A stretch of 64,000 bases of DNA from Candidatus Binatia bacterium (GTDB lineage Bacteria > Desulfobacterota > Binatia > UBA12015). The stretch lies in the NCBI GenBank assembly GCA_029248525.1, contig JAQWJE010000014.1, positions 139,561-203,560 on the forward strand, given 5' to 3'. Shown in pieces: positions 28,187 to 37,171 of this stretch. The first letter of the stretch is position 1. Each line of letters starts with the position of its first letter. Below the pieces are notes generated by a model. It saw only the letters and a program-made list of their open reading frames with translations. It made no database searches and had not been told where the DNA came from. The position numbers and the translations under genes were made by a program.

Positions 28187-28792
28187 CTACATATCGCGTC
28201 GACCCGAAAGCGAGCGGGACAGCGTCATGGCGTCGCTGTACTCGACATCGCCTCCCATGGGCAGCCCCATGGCAATACGCGTGACCCGAATATCGGCCTC
28301 GGATTTGAGCTGTCGGGAGATCCACAAGGCCGTCGCTTCCCCTTCCGCGCTCGGATTTGTGGCGACGATGACCTCCCGGATTTCGCCGGAGCGGGCTCGC
28401 TCGATCAGCTCCGCACAGCGCAGATGCTCCGGCCCAACGCCTTCGAGGGGAGAAAGGGCTCCCCCCAGAACGTGATAGAGGCCTCGATATTCCCGGGCTC
28501 TCTCGAACGCCATCATATCGGCCGGCTCCTCAACCACGCAAACCTCATGCTTATCCCTCCGCGGGTCCGCGCAAACGCCGCACGGGTCGGTCTCGGTCAA
28601 ACCGAAGCACATCGAGCAAAAGCGACTTTGTTCCTTCACGTCGAGCAAGGCCGCTGCCAAACTCGCCGCAAACCCATGCTCCTCACGAAGGGTAAAAAAA
28701 GCGAGACGCGTCGCCGTCTTTTCACCGACGCCGGGAAGCTTCTTGAGCTCTTCGACCAGCCTCTGCATCGAGGGGGTTAGCGCAGACGACAT
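28187..28792 (-). CDS. recR: Recombination protein RecR
   Basis: Helix-hairpin-helix LPGVGEKTATRLAFF. C4 zinc finger CSMC...CGVC. Toprim domain. Confidence 0.85.
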   Translation of the reverse strand: MSSALTPSMQRLVEELKKLPGVGEKTATRLAFFTLREEHGFAASLAAALLDVKEQSRFCSMCFGLTETDPCGVCADPRRDKHEVCVVEEPADMMAFERAREYRGLYHVLGGALSPLEGVGPEHLRCAELIERARSGEIREVIVATNPSAEGEATALWISRQLKSEADIRVTRIAMGLPMGGDVEYSDAMTLSRSLSGRRDM

Positions 28793-28808
28793 CGAACCCG
28801 ATTCCTGC

Positions 28809-29138
28809 TCAACCGAACCCCGGCAGTGAAATTCCGCCAGTCAGTTGCGTCATTTCGTCGGCCATCATCTTCTGGGCCTTGCGAATCGCATCGTTCACGC
28901 CCGCAGCTACAAGATCCTGCAGCATCTCGCGATCGTCGTCCGCGTATACGCTATCTTCGATCGTGATCCTGCGGATCTCCAACTTTCCGGAAACCTCTAC
29001 CCGCACCATGCCACCGCCTGCGGTACCCTCAACCGTGCGCGCACCCACCTCTTCCTGCATTGCCTGCAAGCGATCCTGCATGGTCCGCGCCTGCTCGAGA
29101 ATATTTCCCATCCCGCCCAGATCAAAAGGTTTGGCCAT
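28809..29138 (-). CDS. ybaB: Nucleoid-associated protein YbaB/EbfC
   Basis: 109 aa. MGNILEQARTMQDRLQAMQEEV. It sits between dnaX and recR, the conserved operon position. Confidence 0.85.
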   Translation of the reverse strand: MAKPFDLGGMGNILEQARTMQDRLQAMQEEVGARTVEGTAGGGMVRVEVSGKLEIRRITIEDSVYADDDREMLQDLVAAGVNDAIRKAQKMMADEMTQLTGGISLPGFG

Positions 29139-29144
29139 CGCTCC

Positions 29145-31094
29145 CTACTCCCCGCGTTTCTCTCGAGGCAATACAGCCTCGATTTTTCCGTCCAGCAATT
29201 CCAGTCCCAACTTCACGACCGGATCTTGCCGAGCTTCCTTTTCCAGATCGGCCACACGCGGCACTGCCCCCGATTCTTCAAGGACGACCGGCGAAAATCG
29301 GAGAGACTTCCCGAAAGCGTTGGCAATCGCCTTCTCGATATCGGCGCGGACTTCCGGGTTGGTCAGTGCCGTCACCGCATCCTGTCCGGTAACTCCGACT
29401 TTCAATTCACCCTCGGCCACCTCAAGAAGGCGGCTGTAGGATAGCCGGAAAAAGCGCGAAGCCTTTTCCTTCTGGAGCGAATCCACCACACCCTTCCAGC
29501 GAGGTTGCTCGGGCGAAGCCTTTGCTGCCTCCGGAGGCGAACCCGAAGCTCGCGCGTTCGGCGCCTGAGACGCCCGCGAAGCCGCGCCCGTCTGAGGCGG
29601 CGTTCCGGCAGACGGCGGCGGCGCTTTGGCTACCGTGGCGCCATTGCCACTGCCCGTGGGTTTGCCGCTCTGCGCAGGCTCGGTCCTCGCGGCTGTTCCA
29701 CCGGAACCCGTCGGAGATGCGGTCCTCGTTCCAGCAGAACGATTCGACGGCCGGTCCGCATCGGCCCGGCCGTCGCCGGCGACAGCACCGCGACCGCCCG
29801 CGCTCGCTTTAGCGCGTCCGCCAGCCTGACCGCTCCCACCAATTTGGCCACCGCCACCAGAGGCAAGTTTTTCAAGCCGTGCGACAAGCTCATCGACCGG
29901 AACCATCTCGGCCAGAGTCGCCATCTCCACAAGCGCCATCTCAAGAACCAGTCGGGGCGCAGCTGTTCGACCCAATTCCTCCTGCCCACGCAGCAAGATG
30001 CGGAACCACCGCTGGAGATCGTCCGCCGGGATTTCCCTCGCCATCTCCTCCAGTGCCGCGATTTCCGGCGGACTGAGGTCCACAAGAGTCGCCGCCGAGG
30101 CAACTTTGAGCACGGTCAGATGGCGAAGCTCCTCGAGCAAGTCGAGAGCGAACCGCGCCAGATCCGCGCCTTGACCGACCAGATCATCCACCACCCCAAG
30201 GACCGTCGCCGCATCACGCGACTGCAGGGCGGCCACCACCGCTCGCAACGCTTCCCGATCCGGGATTCCGAGGGCGGCATGAACCATCGAGGGATCGATA
30301 TGACCGGCGCCATAGGCCAGAACCTGTTCCAGAAGAGACGTCGCATCGCGCAAGCTACCCCCGGACTCTCGGGCGAGGATCGCCAGAGCCGATTCATCCG
30401 CACTCTTCCCTTCACCTTCGACCATTGCCGCCAACGCACCGATAACCTCGACAACCGAAACCGAGCGAAAATCGTAACGCTGACAGCGCGAGAGGATCGT
30501 GGAGGTGAGCTTTTGCGGTGCCGTCGTCGCCAGAATGAATTTGGCATGCGGCGGTGGCTCCTCGAGGGTCTTGAGGAACGCGTCCACTGCCTGTCGGGAC
30601 AAGCCATGCGCTTCGTCAATGATATAGACACGGAAGCGCCCCGCGGCTGGCTGGTACTTGACGGTTTCCAGAAGTTCGCGAGTGGCATCGATGCCGGTCT
30701 GCGAAGCTGCATCCACCTCGAAGACATCCAGCGAACGCCCCTCGGTGATCTCCACGCAATGCTCGCAGATATTGCAGGGTGTCGAGGTCGGCCCTTCGGC
30801 GCAATTCAAAGCCTTCGCGAGGATCCGGGCCGTGGTCGTCTTGCCAACACCGCGCATTCCGCTGAAGACAAAGGCGTGGCCCAACCGGCCTCCGTCGACG
30901 GCATTCGCCAGAGTTTGGGTCACATGATCTTGCCCCACCACCTCGGCGAAGAGCTGGGGGCGAGACCGTCTGGCCAGAACCTCATAGGGCTCTGCTGCGG
31001 AGGAAACCGCCTTTCCGGTCTTGCCCGGACTTCGCTTGGAACCTCCAGCGGACCTTTCGAGAACGTCAGTGATAGCTAGGCACCCCCGCGGCAC
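29145..31094 (-). CDS. dnaX: DNA polymerase III subunits gamma/tau
   Basis: YEVLARRSRPQLFAEVVGQDHV and the Walker A motif GMRGVGKTT. The end of the ORF track is a GTG at 31094 that lies inside the predicted ffs hairpin. The true start is probably downstream but no canonical start codon is available (see findings). Confidence 0.8.
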   Translation of the reverse strand: MPRGCLAITDVLERSAGGSKRSPGKTGKAVSSAAEPYEVLARRSRPQLFAEVVGQDHVTQTLANAVDGGRLGHAFVFSGMRGVGKTTTARILAKALNCAEGPTSTPCNICEHCVEITEGRSLDVFEVDAASQTGIDATRELLETVKYQPAAGRFRVYIIDEAHGLSRQAVDAFLKTLEEPPPHAKFILATTAPQKLTSTILSRCQRYDFRSVSVVEVIGALAAMVEGEGKSADESALAILARESGGSLRDATSLLEQVLAYGAGHIDPSMVHAALGIPDREALRAVVAALQSRDAATVLGVVDDLVGQGADLARFALDLLEELRHLTVLKVASAATLVDLSPPEIAALEEMAREIPADDLQRWFRILLRGQEELGRTAAPRLVLEMALVEMATLAEMVPVDELVARLEKLASGGGGQIGGSGQAGGRAKASAGGRGAVAGDGRADADRPSNRSAGTRTASPTGSGGTAARTEPAQSGKPTGSGNGATVAKAPPPSAGTPPQTGAASRASQAPNARASGSPPEAAKASPEQPRWKGVVDSLQKEKASRFFRLSYSRLLEVAEGELKVGVTGQDAVTALTNPEVRADIEKAIANAFGKSLRFSPVVLEESGAVPRVADLEKEARQDPVVKLGLELLDGKIEAVLPREKRGE

Positions 31095-31176
31095 AGAGAA
31101 ATTATCGGTACCGTTGCTCCCTTCCGGGCCTGGCGGAATTCGCGATCCTCTCTTGCGCAGGACCTAGCTATCACTG
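31067..31176 (-). ncRNA. ffs: Signal recognition particle RNA (4.5S RNA, small type)
   Basis: A 14-bp perfect terminal stem (cagtgatagctagg / cctagctatcactg) closes a ~110-nt hairpin. On the minus strand the apical region reads CCAGGCCCGGAAGGGAGCAACGG, matching the conserved SRP domain IV motif (E. coli CAGGUCCGGAAGGAAGCAGC). The position immediately upstream of dnaX is the classical one. Confidence 0.65.
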
Positions 31177-31241
31177 GCGTGCCCGACCTTGCATCGGCCA
31201 TGAGTACCGTACTACCGACGCTCCAACCGCCGCGCAACCGC

Positions 31242-31850
31242 TCAACCATCTGCATCACGAAGAGCCTGCCATTTTCGGAAAAAACGTACGTGATACGCGA
31301 CCCCGGACCAAACAGCCAAAATCATCGCGATCCAGAGAAAGCACATCCCGGCAGCGAAAAAATCGAGTGGACCATAGGTGTAGTGAACCATCAAGCTGAA
31401 CAGCGCCACGACCTCCATGACCGTCTTGGCCTTGCCCAGAGACTCCGCCTCGAGAACGACACCTTCCTCGCGCGCGATTGCGCGCAAACCGGTCACCGCA
31501 ACCTCGCGTGACGCGATGACCGCCACCATCCACGCGGGTACCGCGAGGTCCCGAGGCATCGCTGCCAACATGATATAGCCGCTCACAATCAGGATTTTGT
31601 CTGCCAGCGGGTCCAGAAATTTTCCGAGGTTGGTGATAATCCCGTCTCGGCGCGCAAGATACCCATCCAGCCAATCGCTCAGACAAGCGAGAAAAAAGAG
31701 AATGGCCACCACCGCGGACACTGTTGGGCCCGGAAAAGTCAGCAACCAGATCATCAGCGGGGTGAACGCAACTCGGCCCAGAGAGAGCAAATTAGGCGTG
31801 CTCCACAAGTCGTTAGCCAGGCTTGAGCTGTCTTTTGTCGGGTCGGACAT
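31242..31850 (-). CDS. pgsA: CDP-diacylglycerol--glycerol-3-phosphate 3-phosphatidyltransferase
   Basis: CDP-alcohol phosphatidyltransferase motif DGYLARRDGIITNLGKFLDPLADK. 202 aa. Confidence 0.8.
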   Translation of the reverse strand: MSDPTKDSSSLANDLWSTPNLLSLGRVAFTPLMIWLLTFPGPTVSAVVAILFFLACLSDWLDGYLARRDGIITNLGKFLDPLADKILIVSGYIMLAAMPRDLAVPAWMVAVIASREVAVTGLRAIAREEGVVLEAESLGKAKTVMEVVALFSLMVHYTYGPLDFFAAGMCFLWIAMILAVWSGVAYHVRFFRKWQALRDADG

Positions 31851-31859
31851 GGTTCTCTT

Positions 31860-32618
31860 TCAGGATTCCGGAATCTTCCGCTTTTCTACCATATGGGGAA
31901 GCTTTTCGCGCGAACGCAGGTATTCCTGCCGGTAGGCGCCAACCCGCTCGACATAGGAGCGGGTCTCCGGAAAAGGCGGAATCCCTCCGTGCTTCTCGAC
32001 CGCGGTCGGCCCGGCATTAAACGCCGCCAACGCCAGAGTCGCGTCCCCGCCGAAGCGATGCAGGAGGCGGCGGAAATAAAGCGCTCCACCCTCCAGGTTC
32101 TGCTTTGGATGAAAGACGTCCCGGACGCCGAGCGAACGTGCGGTCTCCGGCATCAACTGCATCAGCCCTTTCGCTCCTGCGCGAGAGACAGCCTGCGGAT
32201 CGTACCCTGACTCGGCTCGCACGATTGCCGTGAGGAGCGCCATTTCGATGCGGTAACGAATCGCAGTTTCCTCAATCATGCGAACGAGAGTGGGAGGCGG
32301 CACTGCCACAGCACGGACCCTGCCGCGCTTCGCCACGTCCCCGCGGCTGGGACCATTTACCCTCGCCCTCGCCTCGGGAGAAGAACCGTTCCGGGGCGGC
32401 GGGGAGGCCGTCACCCCCAAGTCGGTGCCTGAGTCGTTCCCCGAATCTTCCGGAAGACGCTCTCCCGGCCGGACTCGATTGAACCGATGGTCGGTGGGGG
32501 CATTCGAAAAATGGAGCACGCCATTGGGATCGCGGTAGCGAAAGATCTCGCCGGCCAGAGCCTCAAGCGATGGAGCCGCTCCTACCCATACCGCCCCGCA
32601 AAAAACGAGGCGGAGCAT
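31860..32618 (-). CDS. Lytic transglycosylase (SLT domain) with signal peptide
   Basis: The start was moved to MLRLVFCGAVWVGAAPSLEA so that it does not overlap nadB. SLT catalytic region AIVRAESGYDPQAVSRAGAKGLMQLMPETA. Confidence 0.65.
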   Translation of the reverse strand: MLRLVFCGAVWVGAAPSLEALAGEIFRYRDPNGVLHFSNAPTDHRFNRVRPGERLPEDSGNDSGTDLGVTASPPPRNGSSPEARARVNGPSRGDVAKRGRVRAVAVPPPTLVRMIEETAIRYRIEMALLTAIVRAESGYDPQAVSRAGAKGLMQLMPETARSLGVRDVFHPKQNLEGGALYFRRLLHRFGGDATLALAAFNAGPTAVEKHGGIPPFPETRSYVERVGAYRQEYLRSREKLPHMVEKRKIPES

Positions 32619-32740
32619 ATTTCTACCGAGCCGAGACACAGCCCTGACACCACCTCCTCCGGAAGGCTTTGTCAAAGGCTGGATAGAGTCCGCCACATTC
32701 GGTCCTTGCGAGCAGCTATTTCTGCACCTAGGCTTTTGGC

Positions 32741-34405
32741 ATGGGAGAGGAGCAATCAGGCCCCGGGTCTGAAACCCGGCGAGATTTTGACTTTCTCGTG
32801 ATTGGCAGCGGGATCGCGGGATTGAGCTTCGCATTGACCGCAGCGGAGCGCGGTGAGGTTGCTGTCGTCACAAAGGCCAATCTGCCCGAAGGTTCCTCGC
32901 AATACGCTCAGGGAGGCGTGGCTTCCGTCTGGAGCCCTGACGACTCCTACGACGAGCATGCGCGAGATACCGCCGGAGCGGGTGCGGGACTTTGCCACGG
33001 CGATATCGTCGATATCGTCGTCAGGGAGGGCCCGGATCGAGTTCGTGAAATGATCGCCTACGGCACTCGATTTGATCTTCGCCCTGACGCCGAAAACGAG
33101 TTCGATGTGGATCTGAGCCTGGAGGGCGGACACTCCCGACGCCGCATCCTCCACGCCGTGGACGCCACCGGTCAGGAAATGATGCGTGCGCTTGTCGAAC
33201 GCGTCCTCGCTCATCCGAGAATCCAGATCTTCGAGCAGACCCTCGCCATCGACCTTCTTATGTCGAGCAAATTCAAGATCGAGGGACCGGAGCGCTGTCT
33301 GGGCGCGTACGTGCTCGATACCTCCTCCGGATCGATTCATACCTATACGGCCGGCGCTACACTGATCGCGACAGGTGGCGCAGGCAAAGCCTATCTCTAC
33401 ACCAGTAACCCCGACGTCGCGACAGGCGATGGCATCGCCATGGCCTACCGAGCAGGCGTGCCGATCGGGAACATGGAGTTCATCCAGTTTCATCCGACCT
33501 GCCTTTTTCATCCGCAAGCCAAGTCCTTTCTCATCAGCGAAACAGTGCGAGGTGAAGGCGGTGTGTTGGTCCGCCCGGATGGCTCCTCCTTCATGACCGA
33601 CTACGACAAGCGGGGCGAACTCGCGCCGCGCGACATTGTTGCACGCGCGATCGACAGTGAAATGAAGGCGCACGGCTTCGACAACGTCTTCCTCGACATC
33701 ACGTCGTGTTCCGAAGCCTACCTCCTCGAACGCTTTCCGACGATCGTCAACCGCTGCCGCTCTTTCGGCATCGACCCGGCCACCGAACCGATACCGGTGG
33801 TCCCCGCGGCCCATTATACCTGTGGCGGAATCCTGACCAACGACGTCGGCGCGACCTCCTTGCAGGGACTCTATGCCGCGGGCGAAGCTGCCATGACGGG
33901 ACTTCATGGTGCCAATCGGCTTGCTTCGAACTCGCTCCTCGAGGGGCTCGTCTTCGGCCACCGCGCGGCAACCGATGCCGCGGAGGCCAGCGCCGCGACG
34001 CCGACTCGAAATCTTCCGATTCCGGACTGGAATCCCGGGGGCTCCCACCCACGCGACGAAGAAGTTCTGGTCAGCCAGACATGGGACGAGATTCGGCGTC
34101 TGATGTGGAACTACGTCGGAATCGTCAGAAGTAATCGCCGTCTGGCGCGCGCCCGCGCGCGAATGGACCTGGCCCTCGCAGAGATTCGTTCGGATTATTG
34201 GTCATTTCACCCGACCGCCGGATCCATCGAGCTCCGTAATCTCGCCATGGTGGCCGACCTGATTATCGCCTCGGCGGCTCTGCGTCGCGAAAGTCGAGGC
34301 CTGCACTTCAACACCGATTTCCCGCATCGCGACGACGCGGTTTGGGCTCGTGATTCGATTTTGGTTCGGAGTCCATCCACCCATCGCCCTGTACCCAGCA
34401 CCTGA
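32741..34405 (+). CDS. nadB: L-aspartate oxidase
   Basis: FAD-binding N-terminus DFLVIGSGIAGLSFAL. RHSL-type active-site region HGANRLASNSLLEGLVFG. 554 aa. Confidence 0.85.
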   Translation: MGEEQSGPGSETRRDFDFLVIGSGIAGLSFALTAAERGEVAVVTKANLPEGSSQYAQGGVASVWSPDDSYDEHARDTAGAGAGLCHGDIVDIVVREGPDRVREMIAYGTRFDLRPDAENEFDVDLSLEGGHSRRRILHAVDATGQEMMRALVERVLAHPRIQIFEQTLAIDLLMSSKFKIEGPERCLGAYVLDTSSGSIHTYTAGATLIATGGAGKAYLYTSNPDVATGDGIAMAYRAGVPIGNMEFIQFHPTCLFHPQAKSFLISETVRGEGGVLVRPDGSSFMTDYDKRGELAPRDIVARAIDSEMKAHGFDNVFLDITSCSEAYLLERFPTIVNRCRSFGIDPATEPIPVVPAAHYTCGGILTNDVGATSLQGLYAAGEAAMTGLHGANRLASNSLLEGLVFGHRAATDAAEASAATPTRNLPIPDWNPGGSHPRDEEVLVSQTWDEIRRLMWNYVGIVRSNRRLARARARMDLALAEIRSDYWSFHPTAGSIELRNLAMVADLIIASAALRRESRGLHFNTDFPHRDDAVWARDSILVRSPSTHRPVPST

Positions 34406-34453
34406 GCTACGTCGGCTCTTTACCGCGAGCGCGGTACCGCATACAGGAGGAGC

Positions 34454-35674
34454 GTGACTTCCAGCGACGAGCTCTACTTCGACCCCTTCACTGACGAGAA
34501 CCTGCAGGACCCGCATCCGATCTACCAGCGGCTGCGCGCGGAAGATCCGATCCACTGGAGCCCGAAGCTGCGAGCCTGGCTGGTCACCCGCCACGAAGAC
34601 GCCCGTCGTTTTTTCCAGGACGATGCCTGCCTGAGTGCCGACAGAGGCAAAGTCAGTCGCAAGCAGGCGACCAGCGTGGAGATGAAACCGGGCACAAAAA
34701 TTCGTACCATCTCGCTCGACCCGCCCGAACAACTGCCGATGCGGGCGATGATGACCTCTGCGCTGACGCCGGCCATGCGGGCGATGCCTCCGCAAATTGA
34801 GCAGCTCATCGAACTTCTTCTCGAGCGCATAGAAACCGCGACGACGACCGCCGCCGAACGTCTGGAAACCGACAACCCTGTCGACCTAGTGACGGAACTG
34901 GCCTACCCCTTGCCTATCGGCATCATCACGGAGCTTTTCGGAATTCCGGAAAAGGACCGTAACGAATTTCGAGCGGTCGCCGATGAAATCGCTCGGGGAA
35001 TGGATCAGTTCTTCTCGAGCAAGACAGTCGGCGAGAAGCTTCGGGAAATCGGTGGCTATATCGGTGGTCTGGTCGCGGAGAGACGAGCGCATTGTGAAAC
35101 CGATCTGATCTCCCGGCTTTGCGAAGTTGAGCACGATGGGGATTCGCTGGACGATATCGAGATCATTGCGATGGCGACAGCTCTGGTTTTCGGCGGCTAT
35201 GAGACAACCGCGAATCTGATCTCAAATGGAATGCTGGCCCTGCTGGAGCATCCGGAGCAACGAGCCCTGCTTGAGGAGGACTACTCCAGAGCGCCCGCCG
35301 CGATCGAGGAAATGTTGCGTTTCGACACGCCGCCTCAAGCCATCTCGCGCACCGCAGCCAAGGACTTTATCTGGCACGGCAAGTCGATCGCCCGGGGCGA
35401 CCTTGTCCTCGGATGCCTCGGCGCAGCGAACCGCGATACAGCGATCTTCCGCGACCCCGACACCTTCGACATCCGGCGCGAACCCAACCCGCATATCGCC
35501 TTCGGACTCGGCGCTCATTTCTGCCCGGGTGCACAACTCAGCCGCCTCGAAGGGCGCGCCGCAATTCCGGCTCTTCTGCAACGCTTCCCCGGCCTCCAGC
35601 TTGCCGGCGCGCCTACGCGACGCCGCACTTTCGTATTGCGCGGGTTGGAGCATTTACCCGTGCGCCTGCGCTAG
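34454..35674 (+). CDS. Cytochrome P450
   Basis: Heme-binding loop FGLGAHFCPGAQL, EXXR motif (EEMLRFD) and I-helix region (ALVFGGYETTA). Confidence 0.8.
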   Translation: MTSSDELYFDPFTDENLQDPHPIYQRLRAEDPIHWSPKLRAWLVTRHEDARRFFQDDACLSADRGKVSRKQATSVEMKPGTKIRTISLDPPEQLPMRAMMTSALTPAMRAMPPQIEQLIELLLERIETATTTAAERLETDNPVDLVTELAYPLPIGIITELFGIPEKDRNEFRAVADEIARGMDQFFSSKTVGEKLREIGGYIGGLVAERRAHCETDLISRLCEVEHDGDSLDDIEIIAMATALVFGGYETTANLISNGMLALLEHPEQRALLEEDYSRAPAAIEEMLRFDTPPQAISRTAAKDFIWHGKSIARGDLVLGCLGAANRDTAIFRDPDTFDIRREPNPHIAFGLGAHFCPGAQLSRLEGRAAIPALLQRFPGLQLAGAPTRRRTFVLRGLEHLPVRLR

Positions 35675-35717
35675 CGATCCCGGGCACTCAACTCGAACCC
35701 GGACGCAGACACAAAAC

Positions 35718-37160
35718 TCAAGGCGTGCGAATTGCCGCGGCGTCGAAGAGGCCAAGTTGCCGAGTCTCGGCGGACTCGTCAACGGCAACCGGGTAACGGT
35801 TCGTGAAGCAGGCATCGCAATATGTCGATTTATTCTCGGGCTGATCTTCGAAGGCGTAAAGACCCTCGTCCGACAGATAGGACAGCGTGTCCGCACCGAT
35901 TGCCTGGCGAATCTCCTCGACCGACTTCGACGCACCAACGAGCTCCGACGTCGTCGGTGTATCTACCCCGTAGTAACAAGGTCGGATGGTCGGTGGAGAG
36001 CAGATCCGCATATGCACCTCAGCTGCACCCGCGTTCCGCATCATGGTCACGATCTTCTTGCTCGTCGTTCCCCGCACCAGAGAATCATCCACTACGACGA
36101 CTCGCTTGCCGCGCAAAACCTCGGAGACCGCATTCAGTTTCACGCGGACGCCGAAGTGACGGATGGAATCGGACGGCTCGATAAAGGTGCGTCCCACATA
36201 GTGATTCCGAATCAAACCCAGTTCGTAAGGAATCCCTGATTGCTGAGCGTAGCCCAACGCGGCAGGCACCCCCGAGTCAGGAACTGGCGTGACGACATCC
36301 GCGTCGACCAGACTTTCACGAGCGAGTTGCCGCCCCAATTCGCGTCGCACATTATAGACCGTCCGACCAAAAACCTGACTGTCCGGGCGTGCGAAGTAGA
36401 CGTATTCAAAAACACAGCGACGTGGTTCGACAACTTCGAGCGGCTTCATCGAGCGCATCCCCGAATCGTCGATCACGATCACCTCTCCTGGCTCGACCTC
36501 GCGAACATACTCGGCGTTGATCAAGTCCAGCGCGCAAGTTTCAGAGACCACAACATAGGTGCCCTTGTCGCGGATCCGACCGAGAACCAGGGGCCGGAAC
36601 CCATAAGGGTCTCGCACCGCAATCAGCTGGTCCCGCGCCAGAAAGACGATCGAGTAGGCGCCGCGGACGTGTTTCAGAGCGTCCACCACGCGATCGAGGA
36701 GAGGTCCTTTTTCACTCTGCGCGATCAGGTGAATCACGACTTCCGTGTCGGAGTTGGATTGAAAGATCGATCCGCGCCGCTCCAGTTCCGCACGCAGCTC
36801 GACGGCGTTGACGAGATTTCCATTATGAGCCACCGCGAGTGGCCCTCCGGCATACTCGACCACCAGCGGCTGGGCGTTTTTAAGAACAGTTTCGCCATGG
36901 GTGGCGTAGCGATTGTGTCCAATCGCCGATGTCCCCTCGAGGCGCCGAATCATCTCCGGGTGGAAAATATCAGCGACCAGGCCGAGACCTCGATGCGAGA
37001 TCAAAGCGTCGCCGCGCGACGAGACGATTCCGGCCGACTCCTGCCCCCGGTGTTGCAGGGCATAGAGGGCCAAATAGGCGAGGTTTGCGGCCTCCGGATG
37101 ACCGAAAACGCCTACAACGCCGCATTCTTCGTGAAAGCGATCTTCATCCGATGCGAACAT
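35718..37160 (-). CDS. purF: Amidophosphoribosyltransferase
   Basis: N-terminal Ntn nucleophile context MF...ECGVVGVFG. PRTase domain. 480 aa. Confidence 0.9.
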   Translation of the reverse strand: MFASDEDRFHEECGVVGVFGHPEAANLAYLALYALQHRGQESAGIVSSRGDALISHRGLGLVADIFHPEMIRRLEGTSAIGHNRYATHGETVLKNAQPLVVEYAGGPLAVAHNGNLVNAVELRAELERRGSIFQSNSDTEVVIHLIAQSEKGPLLDRVVDALKHVRGAYSIVFLARDQLIAVRDPYGFRPLVLGRIRDKGTYVVVSETCALDLINAEYVREVEPGEVIVIDDSGMRSMKPLEVVEPRRCVFEYVYFARPDSQVFGRTVYNVRRELGRQLARESLVDADVVTPVPDSGVPAALGYAQQSGIPYELGLIRNHYVGRTFIEPSDSIRHFGVRVKLNAVSEVLRGKRVVVVDDSLVRGTTSKKIVTMMRNAGAAEVHMRICSPPTIRPCYYGVDTPTTSELVGASKSVEEIRQAIGADTLSYLSDEGLYAFEDQPENKSTYCDACFTNRYPVAVDESAETRQLGLFDAAAIRTP

Positions 37161-37171
37161 GATTCTCCGTT

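Noticed and set aside
30050-30400. dnaX programmed -1 frameshift site (A AAA AAG heptamer) for gamma subunit production.
   Set aside because: No cttttt/aaaaaag slippery heptamer was seen in the dnaX body. A gamma/tau mechanism cannot be inferred from the sequence here.
31022-31036. gaagtccgggcaa on the minus strand resembles the RNase P RNA conserved GGAAAGUCCGGGC motif.
   Set aside because: It lies inside the dnaX coding frame (KRSPGK). There is no surrounding P4/P10-12 architecture. It is a coincidental short match.
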